Shown piece by piece: positions 23,960-34,230 of a DNA stretch of 64,000 bases; the stretch's first letter is position 1, and every line of letters begins with the position of its first letter. The DNA comes from Felis catus. Taxonomy: Eukaryota. The position numbers were made by a program, and so were the translations under genes. The notes below the pieces were generated by a model. That model made no database searches and had not been told where the DNA came from. It saw only the letters and a program-made list of their open reading frames with translations. The stretch spans positions 136,152,001-136,216,000 of the forward strand of contig NC_058371.1 of assembly GCF_018350175.1 (NCBI RefSeq), written 5' to 3'.

Positions 23960-24690
23960 TGTAAGAGCTGTTTAATGAGTAACTGGTCTGAGGAATTAGG
24001 GAAGGCTTCAGAGAGGAGGTCACATTGAGCAAGCCTAGAGAAAAGATATCTCACCATGTTGAAGTGTATGAAATAGATGACATGAGTGCTTTGGTGCTTC
24101 AGCATAAATAAAGACATTGAAGTGTAAGAGTTCTCAGTATAACTGGATCAATCCAGCTTGGCCGGAGCTTAGACTCACATGTTCACAGTGAAAATGGGAG
24201 AAGATGAGTCTAAAATTCTCCTTGGTTCTAAACTGGAAAATGGCTTCAATACCACCCTAAGGATTTCATACTCTATCTTTTAGATCATAAGATTTTTAAG
24301 CAACAGTATGTTTGGGAAGTGAATGCTGCTGGTAGTGTGAAGGGTAAAAGTGATAGAAGAGAATGTTGGAGGCAAGAGACCATTTAGGGTACCATTGCCA
24401 ATAGTCCAGATGAGAGGTGACAACTAGTACAACTGAGATAGTGGCAGCAATGGGAAAAGAAGTGGGGGAAAGTGTTTAAAGATGTTGGAAAGAGGAAAGC
24501 GATGGGTTTTTTTTTGACTGATGTGAGAGAATATGTGTGGAAAGAAGTCAAAGTAAAACTAATATTCTAGTTTATATGACCAAGTGGAATGTGATACTAA
24601 GCTGGAAAGAACAAGAAGAGAAACAAGTTCAAAAGAAGGGAACGGGTCTTAGTTATATTGGATTTGCAACATTGGAGGTTTCACTTCAAA
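23960..24690 (-). mobile_element. L2 fragments
   Basis: agggaaggcttcagagaggaggtcacattgagc and ggaggcaagagaccatttagggt...gtccagatgagaggtga. Confidence 0.65.
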
Positions 24691-24772
24691 ATCATAACAT
24701 TCAAGGCTTCTGTCTAGAATAATTCCTCCAAATATGCCTTGTGAAATAGTCATTCGTTACCTTTATTTTTAA

Positions 24773-24982
24773 TTTTTTTAATGTTTATTTTTGAGACAAA
24801 GATAGAGTGTGAGTGGGGGAGGGGCAGAGAGAAGGACACACACACAGAATCTGGAGCAGGTTCCAGGCTCTGAGCTGTCAGTACAGAGCCTGCCCGATGC
24901 AGGGCTCGGACTCACGAACCATGAAATCATGACCTGAGCCGAAGTTGGATGCTTAACCAACTGAGCCACCCAGGCACCTCCC
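24773..24982 (-). mobile_element. SINEC
   Basis: 16-bp TSD ttacctttatttttaa at 24757-24772 and 24984-24999. Confidence 0.96.
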
Positions 24983-25719
24983 ATTACCTTTATTTTTAAA
25001 CATTCTCCTATACCTGTGCACTACCCACAAATAGACATCACGGTAAGCTAAAATAAGCACTTGGTTTTTTGTTTTGTTTTTGCCTCTGCTTACACTGTAA
25101 TAGTGTAACACAGTGTAAAAAGCTGGCTGGTGGCAAGATTCAAGATATTTTACACTCAAGTTTTTGAAAAAGAGGGGAGATGAAAAGAAATAATCTATTC
25201 TCCAGTTATTTTACCACTCAGCCTTCCTGAACCAAATCATTTATAGTCATGAGAAATGAGCTGATTTGTGATGAACTCAAGATGTGAAGGTAAACTTTGG
25301 TAAAATGCTGAGGGACCTCTGAGAAGACACAGAAGGGTGTTGATGTTTGCAGAAACTAGATGAGCTGAGCGGTGGAGCAGGGAACACATCTTCTGTGCCA
25401 GACAGCAAAAGGTCACAGTGAAAGGTCAGAGTTACCAAGTTGGTGCAGTGTTCCTAGACCCAACTCTCTTGGAAGCTTCAGATGAACTTGATACACACAC
25501 ACATATAATTAAAGCCATATGCATTCTAAAATTTTATTCCTAAAAATACCACAAACTTGCAATCCCTCTTGATACCTAAACTGTATATTATAATCCTCAC
25601 CTTTGAAGTTTTTCTTTGGGACTAAACTTTTTTTAGACTCTGGCTGCTTCCAGTCTAAGTTGTATGTGCCCATTGAGCCTGTGAATATTTCTATCTTGGT
25701 TAGACTTAAGCACTCTTTC

Positions 25720-25838
25720 CCTCAATAAGCTGTAAGTTTCTTGAGAACAAGGGAAATACCTTAGGCATGTTTATATCAGTGTTTGGCACTCAACAGGTCC
25801 TCGACAGATGTCTGCTAAATTTAAGAACAAATGAATGT
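25720..25838 (+). mobile_element. L2 3' terminus
   Basis: ctgtaagtttcttgagaacaagg...ggcactcaacagg...aaatgaatg. Confidence 0.6.
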
Positions 25839-26465
25839 AACCCCTTTTGATTGCTGTTTTCACTCTTCATATGTGCAAAGTTGCCATCAAGTCATTCCTC
25901 TGACCTGACATCTCACACATCTTAGAATCCCATTCTTCTTTATGGAAGACTAGAGACATGCTTCTGAACACAGTGCAGAATAGATAAGGGCTGGTGAGGG
26001 GAAAATTTTGGTATCAACAATTTATTATGAAAAAGACTGTAGGGAAAATGCCATCAGTTTTGCTTTTGTCCCACAAAACTCTAAAGACATCTCAATATAA
26101 AACAATTGAGAAGTGCATGAGATGGGATGGAAGTTTCCAGCAGAGTGGAGATGCTTGAACCTCTACTGAGTGTAGCTTTCTCAGAGTAACATGAAGGGAT
26201 TGCTGATGACAACAAATCCTCTCCATTCTGTACTAACAGTGATTCATTGAGGGCTGCTGTCCATGCTAAGATGAGATCCCTATAGGACAAATCCAAGATG
26301 AGCAAAATTGGCAAAAGTTTCTTCTAAATGATGGGACGTGAAAAGGGTAGCTTAACCTTTTGTTCTTAGATCTTTATTCATCATCTTCTTGTAACATAAG
26401 TTTTTGTGCAAAATACAGTGAGAGTTTATTATATCCTGTAGTTTTGATAAAAAAGTAAGCCACAG

Positions 26466-26685
26466 GGGGCGGCTGGGTGGCTCAGCCGGTTAAAGCGTCT
26501 GACTTCGGCTCAGGTCATGATCTTGCAGTCTGTGACTTTGAGCCCAAGTCGGGCTCTATGCTGACAGCTCAGAGCCTGGAGTCTGCTTCGGATTCTGTGT
26601 CTCCCTCTCTCTCTGCCCCTCCCCCTCTCGTGCCATTTCTCTCTCTCTCTCTCTTTCTGAAAAATAAGCATTAAGAAATTTTTTT
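26466..26685 (+). mobile_element. SINEC
   Basis: gggcggctgggtggctcagccggttaaagcgtctgacttcgg. TSD gtaagccacag at 26455-26465 and 26691-26701. Confidence 0.96.
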
Positions 26686-27769
26686 AAAAGGTAAGCCACA
26701 GTAAATGTTTTCACAAAATTGTAATTATATATGCAACTCTAAGCCTTCATCTTCCTAAACATTCGGTTTACTGTAACTTGAAAAAACAAACTAATAATTA
26801 CTACTTATGTGATATTGATAAGGCAAGACTTTCCTAATTGATAATTATCAAATACATTCAGAATTTGTGGCTAAACATGATTATTGTTAGTTAAAATTTA
26901 GAGTTCATTGATGAAAATGTCTAAAATAAGTAGCCTCATAGATCAAGATATTAATAGCTCCTTATATGAGTATTTAGAGTTTTGATTATGAAATAGTTCT
27001 CTTCTCAAAATTAGATTATCTAAAATTATTTGTAAGTAGCCATTTTAGCTTAATTGTGGTATGTGCTGTTCTATTTTAATGGACTATAGTAGTTTTTTTT
27101 AAAACAAGGTTAATAAAACTACAACCTTTCATATTTTAGAAATTTTACTAATAAAGGGCAGTCTTTCCTTCAAGTACTTTGACTTTAGTATTTATCAGGG
27201 TCAGAAAATAATTTTTTATAAATTACTACCAGTCATGTTCCATATAGCTGGTGACCTGAAAGGGCATTATTAAGCTTATTTTTATAGAACAGATACAGAA
27301 GTTCCACTCAAAATACGACAGTTTCCATAGATTACTCTAAAGTAGTAAAGTTTTAAATGAGAATTATTTTCACTGGGGCTCTCTTATGTCATCATAAACA
27401 TTTTAGTAAATGCTCCATACAACAACCTGCATCTGGTGATGTCACATGTGAGGAAGATCCCTGCTCTTTCTCCTTCTACCGCAACCACCATACCCAGAGT
27501 GAGTCATAAGTTCAGAAACTGAAGAGGCTTCTTTTTGCTTCTACTCTGATCCCTGGAGGGTGGGGAGGAGGGGGCACTGGCCATAAAGTGCTTAGCTGGA
27601 ATAGCTGAGAAAGGGCATAAGGAAGAACAATTCAAGGTGATAGTGGAGTCAGTCTCCTGAGTTCTGTAAGCTGCTTGGCTCACCCCTGCAGCCTGCTGCA
27701 TCAGTTGGCAAGACTCCCCACTATGGGGTTTCTGTGGGGAGAAGAGCCTGAACTTTTCAGATTTAAAGG

Positions 27770-28045
27770 NNNNNNNNNNNNNNNNNNNNNNNNNNNNNNN
27801 NNNNNNNNNNNNNNNNNNNNNNNNNNNNNNNNNNNNNNNNNNNNNNNNNNNNNNNNNNNNNNNNNNNNNNNNNNNNNNNNNNNNNNNNNNNNNNNNNNNN
27901 NNNNNNNNNNNNNNNNNNNNNNNNNNNNNNNNNNNNNNNNNNNNNNNNNNNNNNNNNNNNNNNNNNNNNNNNNNNNNNNNNNNNNNNNNNNNNNNNNNNN
28001 NNNNNNNNNNNNNNNNNNNNNNNNNNNNNNNNNNNNNNNNNNNNN
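27770..28045. other. Assembly gap (276 N)
   Basis: N run. Confidence 1.
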
Positions 28046-28187
28046 GTGTGGCACAGCCGACATTAGTAGCTCTTATCCTAACAGCTTCCAGAGGAGGGCA
28101 CTGTCAGAAGAGACAGGACAGTAGAAATGCCAGCTGCACATATAAGTATTAGCAGCATAATTTATGTTTCTATTCCTAGTCCCTCCC

Positions 28188-28189
28188 TG

Positions 28190-28274
<85 letters not shown>
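28188..28274. repeat. Compound (TC)n(AC)n microsatellite
   Basis: Visible arrays of about 21 units each. Confidence 0.97.
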
Positions 28275-28279
<5 letters not shown>

Positions 28280-28524
28280 TTTATTGAAGGAGGTATATTA
28301 GCTTACTCTTTCAGGGCAGGCTTTGAGAAGCTGTAAATTAGCTTATTTAAACTATGGTGTCCATAGAAAATAAATATTAACTGAAAGACCTTTTCAAATT
28401 ATTCCAAACCATGTGAGGAATCCAGCTTTTTCAAAGCATGATGTAAACAGGACTAAACTCTCTTGATTAACTTGTTTAATAAACATTTATTTGTATGAGA
28501 TTGAGTGAAATCAGGCTACAACAT

Positions 28525-28640
28525 AAACTCCATGAGGGTAGTCTCTTTGTCTGTCTTATTCACAGCTATTTCCTTAATCATCTAGCACAATGACTAGCAC
28601 ATAAAAAGTGCTTAGTATATATATGCTGAAGTAATGAGTG
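28525..28640 (+). mobile_element. L2 3' terminus
   Basis: aaactccatgagggtag...tctgtcttattcacagctat...ctagcacaatgactagcacata. Confidence 0.7.
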
Positions 28641-28967
28641 TATGAGATAAGTGATGGACAACTAAACTTCTGGATCCCAATTCCAAGTCCCGGATGCTTC
28701 TTCCCCTTGTTCACTGTTTTACGCACACCCACCCCCCACCTTGTTTCTAGACCATTTACCAGTGGGTGGACAAGTCAAAGGTGGGGAGGAAGGTCTGACT
28801 CAAAAGACATTCTGCAAGCATTCTCCAAAGAAGGTGTCCCTATCAGGACCAGGCCGTGGGCAGCTCGATACAATGAGATCTTTCTGGTCTGTAAATCTTC
28901 CTGCCTGGGGATCATGTTGGTGGATGTCAAGTGGTTGTCACTATGGTGCAACTTCAGGATAAGAAGT

Positions 28968-29400
28968 GTGTTTTGTTTCCTAGGTTTGCAAAACTGGGTG
29001 TCTTAAAACAGTAGAACTTTATTGTCTCACAGTCCTGGAGGCTAGAAGGCCAAAATCAAGGTGTGGGCATGATCATACACTCTCTCTGATGGCTGTAGGG
29101 GAGAATCCTTTCTTGTGTGTTCCAGCTTCTGGTGTTTGCCAGCCATCTTTGGCATTCCTTGGCTTGTAGATTCCTCTCCCTTCTCATGTGGCTGTATTTC
29201 CCCTGTACCTTTACATCGTCTTCCCTCTGTGAGTTCTCTGTCTCTGTCTTCAAATTTCTCTGTTTTATAAAGATACCAGCATATTTGATTTGGGCCCACC
29301 CCAGTGACCTCATTTTAGCTTGACTACCTCTGCAAGGCCCTCTTTCCAAATAAGGTCGCATTCTGAGGTACTGGGGGTTAGGACTTAAACATATCTTTTA
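28968..29400 (-). mobile_element. MaLR solo LTR (MLT1C-like)
   Basis: tttattgtctcacagtcctggaggctagaagg...ttccaaataaggtcgcattctgaggtactgggggttaggactt. Confidence 0.9.
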
Positions 29401-30460
29401 AATAAATAATGTAAGAGGGTTATGTACAATCTGGAAGATGGTAATGGGATGCTTTCAGGCCTGAAAACCTCTCTTCTTGGGCACCAGGATAATCCATATT
29501 CTCAGGGCTTAGAGGTCAATAATAATTGAATTATTCTTATCATTTCTTGGACTCTGTCATCTTGTAAGTCCCACCTCAATTGGCTTTTATTACATAATAT
29601 TCTCCAACTATTCTCTGATCATTCCTCGTAGTTTAATAATCTCTTTCTCATCTGTCCCTTAAATATGGCATTCTGTCTAAACTGTCAGTTGTCCCCTAGT
29701 TTTGTTTTTTTTGTTTTTTTTTGTTTTTTTGTTTTTTTTTGCTGTGTCTGGTCAATAGGCAACTGGTTTAAATTACACTTGCTTTTTGATCCTACCACAC
29801 ACGGATGATTGAGTCCACTTATGTAAAATTGGTCTTGTGAGTCAGTCAGGCCAATTCATTCTAAGAGTTAGCTATTTTATTAGGAACAATGCTATCTAAA
29901 GGTCATACTTTTTTATTATCTTATTTCAGAGTAATCTATTGTTTTGGCATTCACATAGAATAAGGAATAAAGGTAACCATAGTTCATTCTTACGTAGGCA
30001 TTGTCTACTTTATTTTGAAACACAAAATGCTAAAAAATTCAGTACTCTTAAGCTAGGTTTATCTCTAGGCTACCCAGGATGTACTAGTCTGAGATAAATG
30101 AAACACATTTGCCTGTTATAACTCATTTTTCCTTCATTGGAAATTATTTATTGTAAATGTTATGTTTGGTAATTTTGATGGCTCACAACGTATTGAAGTC
30201 TCATCTTAAAAGAAAAAATGTCCCTCCTAAGGACGTGGAGCAAGTCCCCGTGATCTACTCTACATTCATAATTTAACCAAACAAATAAAGGTAGAAATAA
30301 AGATATTGCTGATGCTTATTAGTTAAAATTTTTAATTAAAAAATCTCTCATTTCTGTTGAGTTTTGATAGCTCCAACTTGAGAAGAGCTCCACATAGATG
30401 TCCTCAGCCAGAAGGGACAGGAACAGATGAATGGCTTTCTTCACACTTCTTGTTGGGTGA

Positions 30461-30592
30461 NNNNNNNNNNNNNNNNNNNNNNNNNNNNNNNNNNNNNNNN
30501 NNNNNNNNNNNNNNNNNNNNNNNNNNNNNNNNNNNNNNNNNNNNNNNNNNNNNNNNNNNNNNNNNNNNNNNNNNNNNNNNNNNNNNNNNNNN
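30461..30592. other. Assembly gap (132 N)
   Basis: N run. Confidence 1.
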
Positions 30593-31819
30593 ACAAACCA
30601 CAGAGGACAACTTAGTGAGAAAGCACTTGTGCTAGCTGAAGATCAAAGGGAGACAGCTGACCGCTGTATATATTTTATATTACCAGAGACGAAGTATAGT
30701 GATTTATCCAGTGCATGTGGTCAGAGCTTCTCTGCTGGGCTCAGTGAATAGTGAAAACAGTTGGAGAGTATGCTAGGGCAAGCATCTATAGAAAATCGGA
30801 GATCATGTTCTAAGGAGAACGAGATTTTCAGCATTAGGAAGGTGACTATTAGAATGTGAATTCATGTAAACTGTTGTTTTAGAAAATTAATAAACCCAAT
30901 CTGAGCATGTTATAAGAAAAAAGGAATCCTTATAAATGGGCAAATGTTACAAATTCTAAGGCAAAATATCATCACATTCACAATATGATACTTTATGATA
31001 GACAGGAATTTTAAGAGCATGATCAATAAATTTCCAGTCAATCCTGAAAAAAAAATCCTTGGCCAAATTTTAATTTATGGGTATTTTATTAACTTGGGCT
31101 CAGTGTCTGAGTTTTCCACACGTGGTCAGTTACTGAATGTGTGATGTATTTGGTTACATAATTTATTGCAGATATGCTGGGGAAGATTTGGGTAAACCAT
31201 TAAAAAGATGTTGCATTTTCCTTTAACCTTATATAGGTTATTCTCTTGAATGATGTGATCATAAACTATGGTGTATACAGAGGAACATTTGGGTACATGT
31301 AAGTTCCATTCAGACTGAAAAGCAGGATTTAACTTTCAGAAGTTTCACAGTTTGAGATTCTTTTTTTGTCTCACACTCTTATTGATAAGGCTGTAAGATG
31401 ATACTTTACACTCTCATCTTTTCTTTCTTCGAAGGGGCCACTTTAAAGAGAAGCCTAGCCATGGCAGCAGAGATTGGGTATGATGACTTCAGACCATGTT
31501 CCAGCCATGCTTGTCAAGGAGGATAATTGAGGCTGAGGTTAAAAGACATTAAGAGCCTTAATGAAAGCAAACTGTGAGCAGCTGTTCCCAAAGTTATTAT
31601 GTGTTTGGCTTGGACTTCTGCTTCCATGGATTCCTAGGATTCATTTGCAAAATAGTAAGTAAATTTCGTATTTCAAATCCGAACAAAGGATCCAAAGAAA
31701 AGAAATCTTTAAAGTAGTGTGACATTGTATTCTATAAAATCTCCAGCCACAGAGTCTGCATGCCTGCACACCATCTTGTAAGCCATCTGATTTTGAAAAA
31801 ATGTTTAAAGACATTGGTA

Positions 31820-31935
31820 TTCTTCTCCAGATGGTATGAGCTATAAGGGCAGGGATTCTGTCTATCTGATTTACTTTAGCATATAATGTAGTGTCCAGCA
31901 TAACAGGTGTTCAAAAACATGCATCAAGTATTTGT
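31820..31935 (+). mobile_element. L2 3' terminus
   Basis: tatgagctataagggcagggattctgtct...gtgtccagcataacaggtgttcaaaa. Confidence 0.6.
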
Positions 31936-31989
31936 CACATGGATAATTATAGTGTAAGATGACTTTAAAGTTTGAACTAATGGGTTTTT

Positions 31990-32805
31990 TTTTCCCTTCA
32001 AACCTTTTCTTCTGATCTTTCCTATCTTGGTAAATGGCAACACTGATTGCCTGATTGCCCAGAAACCTGGGCACTGACCTTGATTCTTTTCTTTCCTTCA
32101 TGCCTCATGTTTAACAAGCTCTGTGGTTGCTGTGTTAGATTTGTCCTTCACCCCACACCAGCACACTGCTGTGCGAGCTTAAGTCACATCATTTCTTGCT
32201 TGGACCCCTGCGATGGTCCCCCTTCCAGTTTCTTTGCTTTTATCTTTCTTTAATCTTTTGTCTTCACAGTTACCAGAATGGTCTAAAGGCAAAAATAGAT
32301 CACAGTATTCTACCCATATAATGTCTTGCCACAGAGAATCCACTTCCTTAGCAGGGTCTGCAAAACCTGTGTGGTCTGGTCCTCGCCTCCCTCTCCAACC
32401 CAGTTTTGGCCTACCCTCTCCATTCATTCATTATAATCCAGCTGGGTTGGTTTTCTTTCAGTTCCCAAAACATGTTCTGCTTTTGCCCACCTCTTGGCTT
32501 TATTCCTGCAGTTTCCTCTATCTGGAATAAACTTCCTCCTGGCCTTTGAATGGCACTTTCTTCTCACCCTCCAGTCTCATTTATCTCCTGAGAAACTGTG
32601 CTTAAACTCCAGCCTAGGTTTCCTTTACAGCCCCTCCTTGAACCCTGCACCTGCTTTGCATGTTTTTGTAGTCTCATCACTATCTTCAAGAATTACTAGT
32701 TTGTTTATCATCTATCTTCCCTAGTGCTTTGGAACATGTCTGTTTTGTTTACTATAGTACCCAGTACCGTGCCTGACATATATTATGCAATTAGTAAATA
32801 TGAAA
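31990..32805 (+). mobile_element. L2 3' portion
   Basis: cctatcttggtaaatggcaac...ttctttcagttccc...tgtctgttttgtttactatagtacccagtaccgtgcctgaca. Confidence 0.8.
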
Positions 32806-32909
32806 AATTAATTTATTGATTGATAGAAAATCCAACTAAATATTACATGATATTATGTGTATAGTATAGCAGAGGCAAATGGGAAAGTTTGGCTTATCCA
32901 CAACCCATT

Positions 32910-33850
32910 CTTCATTAATCCACTTACTTACTAAACACCAAATATGTGAAAGCTGTTCTAGGGCTGCTGTGAATTCAAAGAAAGAGACCTGGTCCCTGCC
33001 CTCCTGCACTTATACCCTGGGAGAGAAGATTAATATGTATACCAGTAACTATAATTCAAGAGACGATTGATGAGAGGTGCTTTGGAAGTTTTTTCATTTA
33101 TGTACTATTTATACTTAGTCTGTTTTTAAAAGAATTTGCATTGGACTGTGGATAGGAGTTTGAGGGAGAAAAATTGCTTGTCTCTGTGTGAATCAGGGAA
33201 GGCCTCATGAAAGACCCCATGCTTGACTTAGATTCTGATGAATACTGATTTTGGAGGTGCAAGCATAGTGAGAAAGGGCAAGGCAAAAAGTACACCACTT
33301 TATGTGGACAGCTAGAAGGGGCAAAGCTTGAGTGAGAGGAAACAGAAGGGCTACATTTGGAAAGTGAAGTAAAGTCAGATTTTGTGGTGTTTGTTAACTG
33401 CATGCAGAAAACAGTTTGCATATTGTTTACAAAAGCCAAGGGGAGCCCCTGAAAATTTTGAAGCTGGGCACTGATTTAATTCAAGCGCAGTTTAGAATGG
33501 TTAATCTGGAAGTGCTATGCAGGATGAATTAGAACAGGGAAGATATGGATATAAGGACATGTGTTTGGAAAATCCCAGTTCTAGGAAAAGAGACAACATC
33601 CATGGTGATCGTAATGGGAATTGGGAGAACAGGTAGATTGGGGAAATATTAAAAAAGAGATAGCCACCTATTTTGAAAACTCATTGACAGGGTCAAGGTG
33701 TAGGTAAGGAAGAAGAAACTAACCATGGGAATGAGGATAACAGAATGGAGAATAAGAGCAAAAGTCTGGTTTCAAAGAATAGTTGGAGAAGGAAAGCAGA
33801 AGGAGATTGTTTGAATACTTGGGTGTGAGGTGGGAGATTACACTTGGGAT
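32910..33850 (-). mobile_element. L2 3' portion
   Basis: ttcattaatccacttacttactaaacacc...gtccctgccctc...tcagggaaggcctcatga...ggggagcccctgaaaattttgaagc. Confidence 0.8.
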
Positions 33851-34009
33851 AGGGATTATGATATTTTAAACCTTATATCTTGTTTTCTATGCTGGACAAA
33901 GGAAAGATAATACCTCTTAATTCACTCCCTTTTAAGGATCTTAGGAGAAGCAGTCTGGGAAACCGCTAATTTCTGATACCTATGAAAATCTGAGAAGGGT
34001 AAAGTGAAT

Positions 34010-34230
34010 GACCTTTGACATAGAGTCAGACAACAGAGATTGAAGTCCTGACTCACTGCTCGCCAGTTTACTGCTCCCTGGTCACTGTGTGATGTCCTTA
34101 AACCAGACAAAATCTCTAAGCTCAGTTTCCTTCCTTATGAAATGGAAACAAATCCATGGTTATTATAATCTCAAGGACTAGTGGAAGAAGTCAGTGAGAT
34201 TATGTATTTTAAAGTGCTTTTGTAAATCCT
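34010..34230 (+). mobile_element. MIR
   Basis: agagtcagacaacagag...tctctaagctcagtttccttccttatgaaatgg...gtgagattatgtattttaaagtgct. Confidence 0.75.

Noticed and set aside
26081-26314. 77-aa - strand ORF with an acceptor-like tttgtcctatag
   Set aside because: No good donor and no recognisable protein.
27675-28124. Long ORFs containing X runs (also at 3052, 19823, 30357, 56686 and 61468)
   Set aside because: Their length comes from N-gaps suppressing stop codons.
28638-29006. 122-aa ORF (...DILQAFSKEGVPIRTRPWAARYNEIF...)
   Set aside because: Not recognised, starts at the end of an L2 and ends in an MLT1C LTR, with no convincing donor. A blastp hit would reopen it.
31990-33850. Tail-to-tail inverted L2 pair about 100 bp apart
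   Set aside because: The copies are too diverged for a stable duplex, and L2 fragments are abundant here.
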